Assembly: GCA_964495255.1 (NCBI GenBank)
Contig: CAZBVC010000005.1
Location: 20,496 to 84,495, forward strand
Length of the DNA stretch: 64,000 nt
Source: an uncultured Oscillospiraceae bacterium
GTDB lineage: Bacteria > Bacillota > Clostridia > Christensenellales > CAG-138
Direction: 5' to 3'
Below, in pieces: positions 1-8,818 of this stretch; position 1 is the first letter of the stretch; every line of letters begins with the position of its first letter. The notes beneath the pieces are model-generated. The model made no database searches and was not told where the DNA came from. It saw nothing but the letters and a program-made list of their open reading frames with translations. Both the position numbers and the translations under genes were made by a program.

Positions 1-847
1 GCAGCTCGGGCTGAGAAAGCCGCGCGCGCACGTCGGCGACAAACGCTGCAAAGCGCGCTTCGTAGGTTTCCGCGCTCAGCTCGAACCCCTCCGCCTCGCC
101 TTGATACCAAAGCATCGCTTTCGGATGCAGATCGTATTCGGACAGCATATCCATCATATTATCGGTCAAAGCGCCGTTCTCCGCCTTGTTCCACCAGCGC
201 AGCGGCGCGCCGCCGTAGGCGCACATCACAAGCCCGATGGGGTAGCCGAGCGTGCGTTTGAGTATTTTGGCAAAATGCAGCCAAGGCGTGTGGCCGGGGT
301 TGTGATTTTCAAAATGTCCCGTGTGGACGGAGGCGGTCGTATCGCCGAGCGGATGCGTGGCAAGATCCCATCTGCCGCTGTCGCGCAGAAGGTGTACGCC
401 GATCTCGGGCGGGTCGTCGATCGGGTCTTTGGAGCGTCCCGCCGCGTTGCTCTGACCCGCGATGACGAATACGTCGCCCACGCCGACGTTATGAATCATG
501 TCGCCGCGCGTGCAGGAAAGACCGTCCCAACCCTCATATTCCATGTAGGTTTCGATGCGGTACGGGCCGCCTGCGGGCACGCGGGGGAACGTGAGCTCCC
601 ATTCGGAATCGTTTTTAACGCTGCAAAGCGTCCAAGGCACAATGCTTTCGCCGCTGCTTTCCAGCGCGATGCGCGCCTTGACGACGACGGCGCCGCTGCC
701 AATCTCCGTAAACGTAAGCGGAAGCTCCTGGCTCAGACGCACGCGCTTACAGCGCCCAAACAGCGTGATCGCGGCAAAGCCGGAAGCGTCCTGCTGAAAG
801 ATCTGCCAAGGCGACGCGCCGCCCAAAATGGTTACGCCATAATCCAT
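1..847 (-). CDS. Sialate O-acetylesterase-like (SGNH/DUF303) carbohydrate esterase, 3' end beyond window
   Basis: Hand-translated minus frame from ATG at 847 (GAGGA RBS upstream): MDYGVTILGG...VFVIAGQSNAAGR...MLWYQGEAEG. The GQSN and W-x-QGE motifs fit this family. It is absent from the ORF track because it is cut by the window edge. Track ORF 101..871 + is its antisense shadow. Confidence 0.8.
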   Translation of the reverse strand, partial: MDYGVTILGGASPWQIFQQDASGFAAITLFGRCKRVRLSQELPLTFTEIGSGAVVVKARIALESSGESIVPWTLCSVKNDSEWELTFPRVPAGGPYRIETYMEYEGWDGLSCTRGDMIHNVGVGDVFVIAGQSNAAGRSKDPIDDPPEIGVHLLRDSGRWDLATHPLGDTTASVHTGHFENHNPGHTPWLHFAKILKRTLGYPIGLVMCAYGGAPLRWWNKAENGALTDNMMDMLSEYDLHPKAMLWYQGEAEGFELSAETYEARFAAFVADVRARLSQPEL

Positions 848-1021
848 ATCGTTATCCTCAAACCTTTATAGATTGTGCAAACGGGAGCATCCGGTTCCAT
901 CATATCATATGGCGTGCCGCCGCGCCATGGGCGCGATAATGCGGATTGCTCCCTCGTGTCGGAACGAAGCCCCGCCCCACAAGGGGCGGGGCTTCGCATG
1001 CGTTTCGTATACGGTGTTCGA

Positions 1022-2746
1022 TTAGCCGATTGCGCGCGCTGCGGCGATGGCTTCGTTTACCATGGTTTCCAGCGTCGCTGCGCCGGCGTTTTCGTAAGCC
1101 GCGACGTAGTCTGCCCAACCGGTTTCAACGTCCATCTGTCCGCCGAGCATCTGGGTGAGATATTCGTTGGTGAGGTCAACCAGCTTGGCGCGGATGTCCG
1201 CCGCTTCGGCAGGCAGGCTGATCAAGCCGTAGTAAGCGGGCAGGTATTCAACCGCCTCGTTCACAAAGCCGGAGACCACGCCCTTGGCGTAGGACCAAAG
1301 CTCTGCATCCTCTTCGGTCGCCCAGCTGTTGCTGTTGTCGATCGGCTTGGAAACCGCCGTCCACCAATCGTTGTTGGCGAAGTCCACTTCGTACTCGGTG
1401 CCGCTGAACAGATAGCTGAACCAAACGTACTTGCAGCGTCCGTCGCCGTAGCCGTAAGGCGCGGTCGCGGCGCTCCAGAAATCAGCGCCCTGATCGTCAC
1501 GATAGACATAGTTCGTGGTGTTGTGGAGCAGATCCTGCCCCTCGGTGCTCGCAAGGAACTCGACGAGATCCAGCACGCGGTCTGCATATTCGCAGGAGGT
1601 GGGGATGAAGTAGTGCGCGCCCACCCAGGTGCCCGTGGTGTAGGTCTTGCCGTAGTTGCCGTTCGAGGTCAGCGCGGTACCGAGCGTGAGGTCGCTGTAC
1701 TGCGCATCCGCATTGACAGCTTTCCAAGCAGTCTTGTAGAAGTCACGGAACTGACCGGGATAGCCGAAACCGAAGTCCATGGCGCCGATCTTGCCTTGAC
1801 CAAAGTCGGCGTATGCGTCGTCAAAATCGCTCTTGACGCCGATGCCGCTGTCCAAACCGCCGGTCTTATAAAGCTCGGCAAGCTGCTTGACAACTTCCTT
1901 GGAAGCGTCGCTCGTGGTGGCAAGCACCCATTTCTCGGAATCGGTACCGATTTCGCCCGTGGGAACGAAGCCCTGCCAGGCGTCGCCGTTCGGCGCGAGG
2001 ATCGTGGTACCCTGCGGCGCGGCGAGGGTCTTATCGATCTGGTTCCAGTTGGTGAGCTTGTCGTTGCGCGGCCACCAGCCGACTTTACCGGCTGCCCCTG
2101 CCGCGGACGCAAACGCGAGGAACTCCTCTACGGTCGCGGGAACCTTTCCGCCGTTGACTTCGTCCAGAATCGCCTGGTTGTAAGCGGGAACGCCCGCGAA
2201 GGCGGGATCCGCAAACGCCGCGATGCTGTAAATGGCGTATGCGTTCTCTGCGTCGCCCGTGTACAGCTCGTTGAGCTGCTTATACTCGGGGGTGTTGATG
2301 ATTTTGTACAGGGTGGGGTAACGCTCCGGTTCGGCGTTGATGATCTCGCTGATGTTGACAACCAGATCCTCCTCGACCCACTTGGCGATCTTGTCGGTCT
2401 CGCCCCAGGTGGGGAAGAGCTCCGCCGCGCCGCCGGTGTACAGCTCGGTCTGCATTCTGTCGTCGAAACCGTCGGTGCCCGTGTCATACTCGAGGGTGAC
2501 GCCGACCGCTTCTTCAATCGCCTTTTTGATGGGATCGTTTTTCATTCCCGTCACATCGTCTACGCTGTTGCCAAACTGGGCAAAGCGAACGTTGACCACG
2601 GGGATCTCCTCCGTTTTCACGGGCTCGGTCGCGGGTTCGGTCGCGGGCTCGGTCGCAGGCTCGGTCGCAGGCGTGGTTGCGGCTTTGCAGCCGAATACGG
2701 CGAGAACCATCACGACGCTCAAGAGCAGTGCCAATAGTTTCTTCAT
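1022..2746 (-). CDS. Large extracellular solute-binding lipoprotein of a carbohydrate ABC importer (LplA-like, 574 aa)
   Basis: Track ORF 1022..2803 trimmed to ATG 2746 (GGAGGA RBS). Signal plus lipobox MKKLLALLLSVVMVLAVFGC, then an (ATEP)x4 linker and a long family-1-type SBP body. Confidence 0.85.
   Translation of the reverse strand: MKKLLALLLSVVMVLAVFGCKAATTPATEPATEPATEPATEPVKTEEIPVVNVRFAQFGNSVDDVTGMKNDPIKKAIEEAVGVTLEYDTGTDGFDDRMQTELYTGGAAELFPTWGETDKIAKWVEEDLVVNISEIINAEPERYPTLYKIINTPEYKQLNELYTGDAENAYAIYSIAAFADPAFAGVPAYNQAILDEVNGGKVPATVEEFLAFASAAGAAGKVGWWPRNDKLTNWNQIDKTLAAPQGTTILAPNGDAWQGFVPTGEIGTDSEKWVLATTSDASKEVVKQLAELYKTGGLDSGIGVKSDFDDAYADFGQGKIGAMDFGFGYPGQFRDFYKTAWKAVNADAQYSDLTLGTALTSNGNYGKTYTTGTWVGAHYFIPTSCEYADRVLDLVEFLASTEGQDLLHNTTNYVYRDDQGADFWSAATAPYGYGDGRCKYVWFSYLFSGTEYEVDFANNDWWTAVSKPIDNSNSWATEEDAELWSYAKGVVSGFVNEAVEYLPAYYGLISLPAEAADIRAKLVDLTNEYLTQMLGGQMDVETGWADYVAAYENAGAATLETMVNEAIAAARAIG
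2621..2668 (-). repeat. Four tandem 12-nt units encoding the (ATEP)4 linker of the lipoprotein
   Basis: Plus strand reads gggctcggtcgc gggttcggtcgc gggctcggtcgc aggctcggtcgc. It is in frame within the SBP gene, directly after the lipobox Cys. Confidence 0.9.
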
Positions 2747-2851
2747 GCTGTTTATCCTCCTTGTTTTATCTCTGCGCGTGCGGATCAAATTACAGTTGCA
2801 CACGCAAAAAGCAAAATCGTCGGTACTCCGCGAAAAGCGGGCGGCAAAACC

Positions 2852-3787
2852 TCATTCCTTGATGGCGCCCAATGTAATGCCGCTCGTGAAATAGGGTTGC
2901 AGGAACGGGTATACGCACATAATCGGCACCATGGCGCAGATAATCGTAGCCATGCGCAGCGCCATCGGCGGCGGCAGTTCCAGCCCGAGCGACACGGCGC
3001 CGTTGCGCACCTGATTCATCATGGACTGGTCGACGAGCATCCTGCGCAGAATCCAAACAAAGGGTTGCAGGTTCGTCTTGTTGGAGATGAACATCATGTA
3101 GTTGTAATAGTCGTTCCAGTTGATGACGGCGACAAACAGCGCGATGGCCGCCAGCATGGAGCGCGAAACGGGAACGATGATGCGGAAGAACACGCCTACG
3201 TCCGTGCAACCGTCAATGCGCGCCGCCTCTTCAAGCTCCTTGGGAACCGAGTATGAGAAATAGTTGCGCATGATGATGAAATAGGTCACGTTGAGGCCGC
3301 TCGGGATCACCATGACCCAGAACGTGCGCAGAAGCCCCAAATCCTTATAGAGCATATACTGCGGGATCAGACCGCCCGTGAAAAACAGGCAGAAGACGAC
3401 TAGCGCGTTGATAAACCGCATACCTTTGACATGCGACTTGCTGCAAGCGTAGGCCATCGTGCTGGTAACGAGCATGGTCAGAACCGTAGCCAAAAAGGTC
3501 TTTGCCACGGAGATCCACATGCTGTTGACAAACGCCTTGGTCGTAAAGATCGCTTTATAGTATTGCAAATCGACGCCGCCCAAGGGCAAAAGCATCAAAC
3601 CGCCCTTGGCGTATTCGGAATAGGGCGTGATCGAGGCGATGAGCACATACCACATGGGATATACGCACAGAATCGCGAACAGGATGCAGAAGACGTATAT
3701 AAACACGTCGTAAAAGTTGAAGCCGAGCTTCGAGAGCATCGTGCGGCGATATTTGGTTTGGGGTGCTTTGTTTAACATGCCTTCCAT
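2852..3787 (-). CDS. Carbohydrate ABC transporter permease (LplC-like)
   Basis: Track ORF 2852..4027 trimmed to ATG 3787 (GAGGAGAGGAG RBS, 10 nt after the upstream stop). Multi-TM protein with a binding-protein-dependent transport inner-membrane signature. Confidence 0.85.
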   Translation of the reverse strand: MEGMLNKAPQTKYRRTMLSKLGFNFYDVFIYVFCILFAILCVYPMWYVLIASITPYSEYAKGGLMLLPLGGVDLQYYKAIFTTKAFVNSMWISVAKTFLATVLTMLVTSTMAYACSKSHVKGMRFINALVVFCLFFTGGLIPQYMLYKDLGLLRTFWVMVIPSGLNVTYFIIMRNYFSYSVPKELEEAARIDGCTDVGVFFRIIVPVSRSMLAAIALFVAVINWNDYYNYMMFISNKTNLQPFVWILRRMLVDQSMMNQVRNGAVSLGLELPPPMALRMATIICAMVPIMCVYPFLQPYFTSGITLGAIKE

Positions 3788-3797
3788 GCTCCTCTCC

Positions 3798-4811
3798 TCA
3801 GAAAATTCCCTGTACGTCGAGCTTGGAGACGAACTTGTTGGCAACCAGCACAACGACCAGTCCAAGCGTGTTGAACAGGAAGTTCGTTGCCGTAGACAGC
3901 TCAAAGTTGGTGCCGCCGCCCAAGCTCGTGCGGTAAATATAGGTGGACAGCACGTCGCCCGTGCTGAGGACATAGTTGCTGTAAAGGTTGTAAACCTGAT
4001 CAAAGTTGGATACGAACAGGCTCGCAAGCTGCAGGATCAGCATGATGCAGATGCTCGGCAGGATACGCGGCAGCGTAATATGAAGGAGCATATCCTTTCG
4101 GTTTGCGCCGTCGATCGCCGCGCTTTCGTACAGCGTCGGGCTGATGCCCGCAAGCGCCGCCAAATAAACGATCGTGCTGTAACCCGAGGTTTTGATGATG
4201 TTGGTGACGACCAAGATCGTTCGAAACAGCTTGGGGTTCGTCATAAAGTTGACGGGCGCGCCGCCGAGCTTGACGATAATCTGGTTGACCACGCCGCCGA
4301 GATCCGCGGTTGAAGGATATTCCAGAAAAACCTGCACAAGACCCGCAAAGATAACCCACGAAAGGAAGTAGGGAAGGTAAACGCAGGTTTGAACGATGCT
4401 CTTTGCCCGCTTTGCCCGCATTTCGTTGATCATCAGCGAAAGGAATATGGAAAACGTGAACCCGAATACCAAATGATAAACGTTGATGAGAATCGTGTTT
4501 TTGAAGGCGCGGATAAAGCTCGGGTCGGCGAACATCTCTCGAAAATGTTCCAGCCCGACCCATGGCGAACGAAGCACGCCGAGCCGCGGCGAATAGTCCT
4601 TGAACGCCAGCAGGATGCCGTACATGGGGCCGTAATCGAACAGCAGCAGGAAGCACAGCCCGGGTAAAACCAGCATGTACAGAAACCAGTTCTTGCGAAT
4701 GTATGCGGCAAATCGTTGCCAACGACCGCGCGGCATACCGCCGTTTGCAATCGTTCGTTTCGATCTCTCGTGTTTTTGCCCGGTTCGGGCGACGTTGACC
4801 ATTCCTTCCAC
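3798..4811 (-). CDS. Carbohydrate ABC transporter permease (LplB-like)
   Basis: GTG start at 4811 preceded by AAGGAG with 6-nt spacing. Basic N-terminus, then FLYMLVLPGLCFLLLFDYGPMYG and further TM segments. Confidence 0.85.
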   Translation of the reverse strand: MEGMVNVARTGQKHERSKRTIANGGMPRGRWQRFAAYIRKNWFLYMLVLPGLCFLLLFDYGPMYGILLAFKDYSPRLGVLRSPWVGLEHFREMFADPSFIRAFKNTILINVYHLVFGFTFSIFLSLMINEMRAKRAKSIVQTCVYLPYFLSWVIFAGLVQVFLEYPSTADLGGVVNQIIVKLGGAPVNFMTNPKLFRTILVVTNIIKTSGYSTIVYLAALAGISPTLYESAAIDGANRKDMLLHITLPRILPSICIMLILQLASLFVSNFDQVYNLYSNYVLSTGDVLSTYIYRTSLGGGTNFELSTATNFLFNTLGLVVVLVANKFVSKLDVQGIF

Positions 4812-4950
4812 GACCCGCTCCTTGCCAAATTATTAGTAATTATTAACGAACCGTTCCATGCCGAGATTTTCAACGAAAGCCGCCAAATCACAGGGCTATT
4901 CGTCGGAATTGTGCGACGTAACGCGATACGTCCGTCCTGTTTTCAAATGA

Positions 4951-4979
4951 ATCATACTAAATCTAAACACCGAAGTCAA
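4951..4979 (-). promoter_or_regulatory. Putative sigma-A promoter of the ABC/esterase operon
   Basis: On the minus strand: TTGACT (4979-4974), 17-nt spacer, TATGAT (4956-4951). Confidence 0.45.
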
Positions 4980-5061
4980 TACGGAACGACATAAAAACTC
5001 ATAAAATCGTTCAAATTCTTCGAAATTTTAGGCAGAATTTTGCTAATAACAAAGACTAATA

Positions 5062-5090
5062 TTGATTATTTACGTTGGATTATTTATAAT
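5062..5090 (+). promoter_or_regulatory. Putative sigma-A promoter of the 5155-14744 operon
   Basis: TTGATT (5062-5067), 17-nt spacer, TATAAT (5085-5090), about 65 nt upstream of ATG 5155. Confidence 0.5.
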
Positions 5091-5154
5091 GCGAATATGC
5101 GGGGGAGGCGGAGACGCCGTTCGCCCGCATGCTTCGGAAGGGAGCGTGAAGCGT

Positions 5155-6300
5155 ATGACGAAGAACATCGGGTTCATCGGTTACGGCCTGCGCTCGCGAA
5201 CGATGATGCAGGCGTTTTCCGCATTGGACGCGGATCTGCACGTCGCCGCGATTACCGACCCGCGCGCGGAGGAGATTCAAAGGGAGGTCGCGGAGGATCC
5301 GTTTTTTGACGGCGTGCGCTTTTACGACGCGCCCGAGAAAATGCTGGATAACGAGCGTTTTGACGGCGTTTTCGTCGGCACGCGCTGCTCAAAGCACGCT
5401 TCTCTTGCCGCGCTTGTGCTTGCGCGCGATGTTCCGCTGTTTCTCGAGAAGCCGGTCTGCATCAACGAGGAACAGTACGCGCTGCTCAAAAAAGCGGGCG
5501 CGGGCAAGGAGAAGCGCGTCGTCGTGTCGTTTCCGCTGCGCGTGAGCGCCGCAGTGCGCGAGATGAAGCGTATCGTGGACAGCGGCTCGCTCGGGCGCAT
5601 TACGATGGTGCAGGCGATCAACAACGTGCCGTACGGCAGCGTGTATTACCATAGCTGGTATCGTGATCCGACGGAAACGGGCGGATTGTTTTTGCAGAAG
5701 GCGACGCACGACGTCGATTATATTCGCTATCTCATCGGAGAAACGCCGATTGACGCGTTTGCGCGCACGGCGAAGCTGCATTTTCGCGGCGACAAGCCCG
5801 CCGACCTGCATTGTCCGGATTGTGAGGAATACCGCACCTGCCTCGAAAGCAGCTATGTCGTGGGACGTATATTAAAGGAAGACGTTCAGGGCGACTGCTG
5901 CTGCTTTGCGGTTGACACGGGCAACGAGGACGAGGCGAGCGCGATCTTTACCTGCGAAAGCGGCGCGATCATCAGCTACAATCAGAATTTTATGGTCAAG
6001 AAGGGCGCGGGACGGCGCGGATGCAGGCTCATCGGCGACGCGGGCAGCGCGGAATTCGACTTTTATACGGGCGTCGTGCGCGAGGATCGCTACTTTACGC
6101 CGCAGACCGTCACGCATACGTTCAGCCTCGGAAACGGCGCGCATTTCGGCGGCGACGAGCGCTTGGCGCAGGCGTTTTTGGACGTGATGGACGGCAAACC
6201 GTCCTCGTCGGATCTCACGGACGGGCTATCCAGCGCGGCGGTGTGTCTCGCGGCGCGCGCGTCCGCGGAAAGCGGCGGAATCGAGCGCGTGCGGCTGTGA
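5155..6300 (+). CDS. Gfo/Idh/MocA family NAD(P)-dependent oxidoreductase
   Basis: Track ORF 5062..6300 trimmed to ATG 5155 (GGAAGGGAG RBS). Rossmann motif IGFIGYG and FLEKPV (EKP motif). Confidence 0.85.
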   Translation: MTKNIGFIGYGLRSRTMMQAFSALDADLHVAAITDPRAEEIQREVAEDPFFDGVRFYDAPEKMLDNERFDGVFVGTRCSKHASLAALVLARDVPLFLEKPVCINEEQYALLKKAGAGKEKRVVVSFPLRVSAAVREMKRIVDSGSLGRITMVQAINNVPYGSVYYHSWYRDPTETGGLFLQKATHDVDYIRYLIGETPIDAFARTAKLHFRGDKPADLHCPDCEEYRTCLESSYVVGRILKEDVQGDCCCFAVDTGNEDEASAIFTCESGAIISYNQNFMVKKGAGRRGCRLIGDAGSAEFDFYTGVVREDRYFTPQTVTHTFSLGNGAHFGGDERLAQAFLDVMDGKPSSSDLTDGLSSAAVCLAARASAESGGIERVRL

Positions 6301-6339
6301 TCCATTCTTGAAAAGCGAAACGAACGGGAGGAAAGAAAC

Positions 6340-7179
6340 ATGCTGACGAATCTGGCGGAGATCTTGAAGGATACGCGAAAAAAGGGCTATGCGGTGGGCT
6401 TGTTCAACTGCGTAACGCTCGAAATGGTCAAAGGAATCCTCGAGGCGGCGGAGGAGATGAAAAGCCCCGTGATCATCGGGCCCGCGGAAAGGCTGTTAAG
6501 GAGCGCGAGCCTGGCGGACTATGCCGACATGATGCGCGGCATGGCGAAACGCTGCGGCGTGCCCGTCGTGCTGCATCTCGACCATGGGTTTACGCCCGCG
6601 CTCGTGCGCCAAGCGGTGGATCTCGGATTCGGCTCGGTCATGTACGATTGCAGCCTGCTTCCGTTTGAGGAGAACATCAAAAACGTGCGCGAGATGGCGG
6701 CGTATGCGCATCGGGCGGGCTGCTCGATCGAGGCGGAGCTGGGGCATGTCGGCTCCAACGGCTCGGCGGAGGACGCGGGCAGCGGCTCGATCTATACCGA
6801 TCCGAACGACGCGGCGCGCTATGCGTCCGAAAGCGGCTGCGACGCGCTTGCGGTCGCGGTGGGCACGGCGCACGGCGTATATAAGGAAACGCCGCGCCTT
6901 TCCTACGACGTTTTGGCGCAAATCGCTTCCGCATGCCAAACGCCGCTCGTTTTGCACGGCGGTTCGGGGCTTTCGGACGAGGCGTTTACCGAGACGGTGC
7001 GCTGCGGCGTTTCGAAGATCAACATCTTTACGCATAACAACCTGACTGCGGCGCGCGCGGCAAACGAGGCGTTTACCGAGGAAACGGGCGCGTTCGAGCT
7101 CATGCCGACCGTGATAAACGCGGTGCGGCGGGAAACCATGCATTTGATGACGGTGTTCCAAAGCGACGGAAAGGCGTAA
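6340..7179 (+). CDS. Class II (metal-dependent) ketose-bisphosphate aldolase family protein (FBA/KbaY/GatY/IolJ-like)
   Basis: 279 aa with LHLDHG and LHGGSG motifs and the typical N-terminus ...KKGYAVGLFN. Confidence 0.85.
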   Translation: MLTNLAEILKDTRKKGYAVGLFNCVTLEMVKGILEAAEEMKSPVIIGPAERLLRSASLADYADMMRGMAKRCGVPVVLHLDHGFTPALVRQAVDLGFGSVMYDCSLLPFEENIKNVREMAAYAHRAGCSIEAELGHVGSNGSAEDAGSGSIYTDPNDAARYASESGCDALAVAVGTAHGVYKETPRLSYDVLAQIASACQTPLVLHGGSGLSDEAFTETVRCGVSKINIFTHNNLTAARAANEAFTEETGAFELMPTVINAVRRETMHLMTVFQSDGKA

Positions 7180-7265
7180 TTCCTTTCAGACGGCAGGGAA
7201 CGCGGCCTGCGTCCGCCAAGGACGGGCGCGTTTTGAAGAACGAATGAACAGGGGAGGGAAAAGAC

Positions 7266-8756
7266 ATGCGGCGCGATCGGATACTCGTGTTCGACGTTGG
7301 GACAAGCGCGATCAAGACCGCGCTGTTCGACGCGGCGCTCAACCCGCTCGCCCTTTCCGCAACGGAATACCCGATGCGCGCTTCGGGCGCGTTTGTCGAG
7401 ACCCGGCCGACGGACTATCTCGACGCGATGGCAAAGGGCGTATCCAAGCTGAAAGAAACGGCGGACGTGTCGCGCGCGGCGGCAATCTGCATCACGACGC
7501 AGGGCGAAACGCTGCTTGCCGCGGATGAAGACGGCGCGGCGCTGTCTCCCGCGATCGTTTGGCTGGACGCGCGCGCTTTCGAGGAGGCAAAGCGATTGTC
7601 CGCCGCGTTCTCCGAAGAGACCTTCTATGAAACAACGGGGCTGCCCGAAATCACGGCTGCCCTGCCGCTTGCAAAGCTCATGTGGCTGAAACAAAATCAA
7701 CCCGAAGAATGGGAGCGTGCGCGGTATTTTCTTTTGCTGGAAGATTATCTTCGGTTTCAGCTGACGGGCGTTTGCGTTTCGCACGCGAGCCTTCTTACCA
7801 GCAGCGGCTATTTGAACGTCCGAACGGGAATGTATTGGAACGAGGCGCTTTCCTATGCGGGTGTGCCGCTCGAAAAGCTGCCCGAAATCGTTCCGTCGGG
7901 CGCGCAATGCGGCGTGCTTACGCGCTTTGCGGCGGCGGCGCTGGGCTTGGAAAGCGGCGTACCCGTCTACGCGGGCGCGATGGATCAAACGGCGGCGCTG
8001 CTGGCCGCTTCCTGCGGAAAAGCGGGTGCGGTCTGCGAAACAACGGGCACGGCGCACGTCGTCGCGGCGGCGACAAACGAGCCGTACTTCTCAAAAACAC
8101 AGCGATTGACCGTCTATCGCCACGCTTTAAGCGGGCAATATCTCTATCTGCCCATCGGGAATACGGCGGGCATGGCGTATCGCTGGTTTCGCAACACATT
8201 CGGGCACGAAAACGAGGATTACGCCTGCCTCGATCGTCTTGCCGAAACCGTGACGGCGGGCTGCGAAGGGGTAACGTTTTTGCCGTTTCTTTGCGGCGCG
8301 GCGGACCCGCTTTCCCTGCCGGACGCAACGGCGTGCTTTTTCGGGATGCGGCTGTCAACCACGCGGGCGCAGCTTGCGCGCGCCGTGTTGGAATCGACGG
8401 GCTATGAGCTTCGACTTTTTCTCGGGCTTTTGAAGGAGCGCGGCTGCCCGATTGACAGCGTCAGCGCGCTCGGCGGGGGCGCGACCAGCCCGCTTTGGCT
8501 GCAAATGCGCGCGGATATTGCCGAAACGACGCTGCATGTTCCCCGCGTGACGGAAGCGACCGCGGCGGGCGCGGCGCTTTTGGCGGGCTGGGGCGCGGGC
8601 TTGATCGAAAAGGGCGAATACCCGCGCATCCTGTCGGAGAAGCAAGCCGTATTCGAGCCGAATCCCGCAAACAAAGCGGCGTATGACGACGCGTTTTTAC
8701 GGTATCAGGCGCTGTGCAGGGCGCTGACCCCGCTCTTTGCGGGCAAAAAAATGTGA
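7266..8756 (+). CDS. FGGY family carbohydrate kinase
   Basis: 496 aa. N-terminal ILVFDVGTSAIKT actin-like ATPase motif and overall xylulokinase-like layout. Confidence 0.85.
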   Translation: MRRDRILVFDVGTSAIKTALFDAALNPLALSATEYPMRASGAFVETRPTDYLDAMAKGVSKLKETADVSRAAAICITTQGETLLAADEDGAALSPAIVWLDARAFEEAKRLSAAFSEETFYETTGLPEITAALPLAKLMWLKQNQPEEWERARYFLLLEDYLRFQLTGVCVSHASLLTSSGYLNVRTGMYWNEALSYAGVPLEKLPEIVPSGAQCGVLTRFAAAALGLESGVPVYAGAMDQTAALLAASCGKAGAVCETTGTAHVVAAATNEPYFSKTQRLTVYRHALSGQYLYLPIGNTAGMAYRWFRNTFGHENEDYACLDRLAETVTAGCEGVTFLPFLCGAADPLSLPDATACFFGMRLSTTRAQLARAVLESTGYELRLFLGLLKERGCPIDSVSALGGGATSPLWLQMRADIAETTLHVPRVTEATAAGAALLAGWGAGLIEKGEYPRILSEKQAVFEPNPANKAAYDDAFLRYQALCRALTPLFAGKKM

Positions 8757-8818
8757 TTTTGAACAGAAGTTTTGAACCGATCGCAACCATACAAACGATA
8801 CAAAGGAGAATTTAACCG

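Noticed and set aside
101-871. 256-aa plus-strand ORF at the window start
   Set aside because: It is the antisense shadow of the esterase gene, which reads off the window edge on the minus strand and shows GQSN and QGE motifs.
2581-2700. Short tandem repeats considered as a possible CRISPR or minisatellite
   Set aside because: The 12-nt units are contiguous, in frame and inside a CDS (the ATEP linker). There are no spacers. It is not a CRISPR array.
875-2737. 620-aa plus-strand ORF
   Set aside because: It is entirely antisense to the well-supported SBP lipoprotein gene. Its Arg/Gly/Val-rich low-complexity translation is typical of shadow ORFs in high-GC DNA, and it has no RBS.
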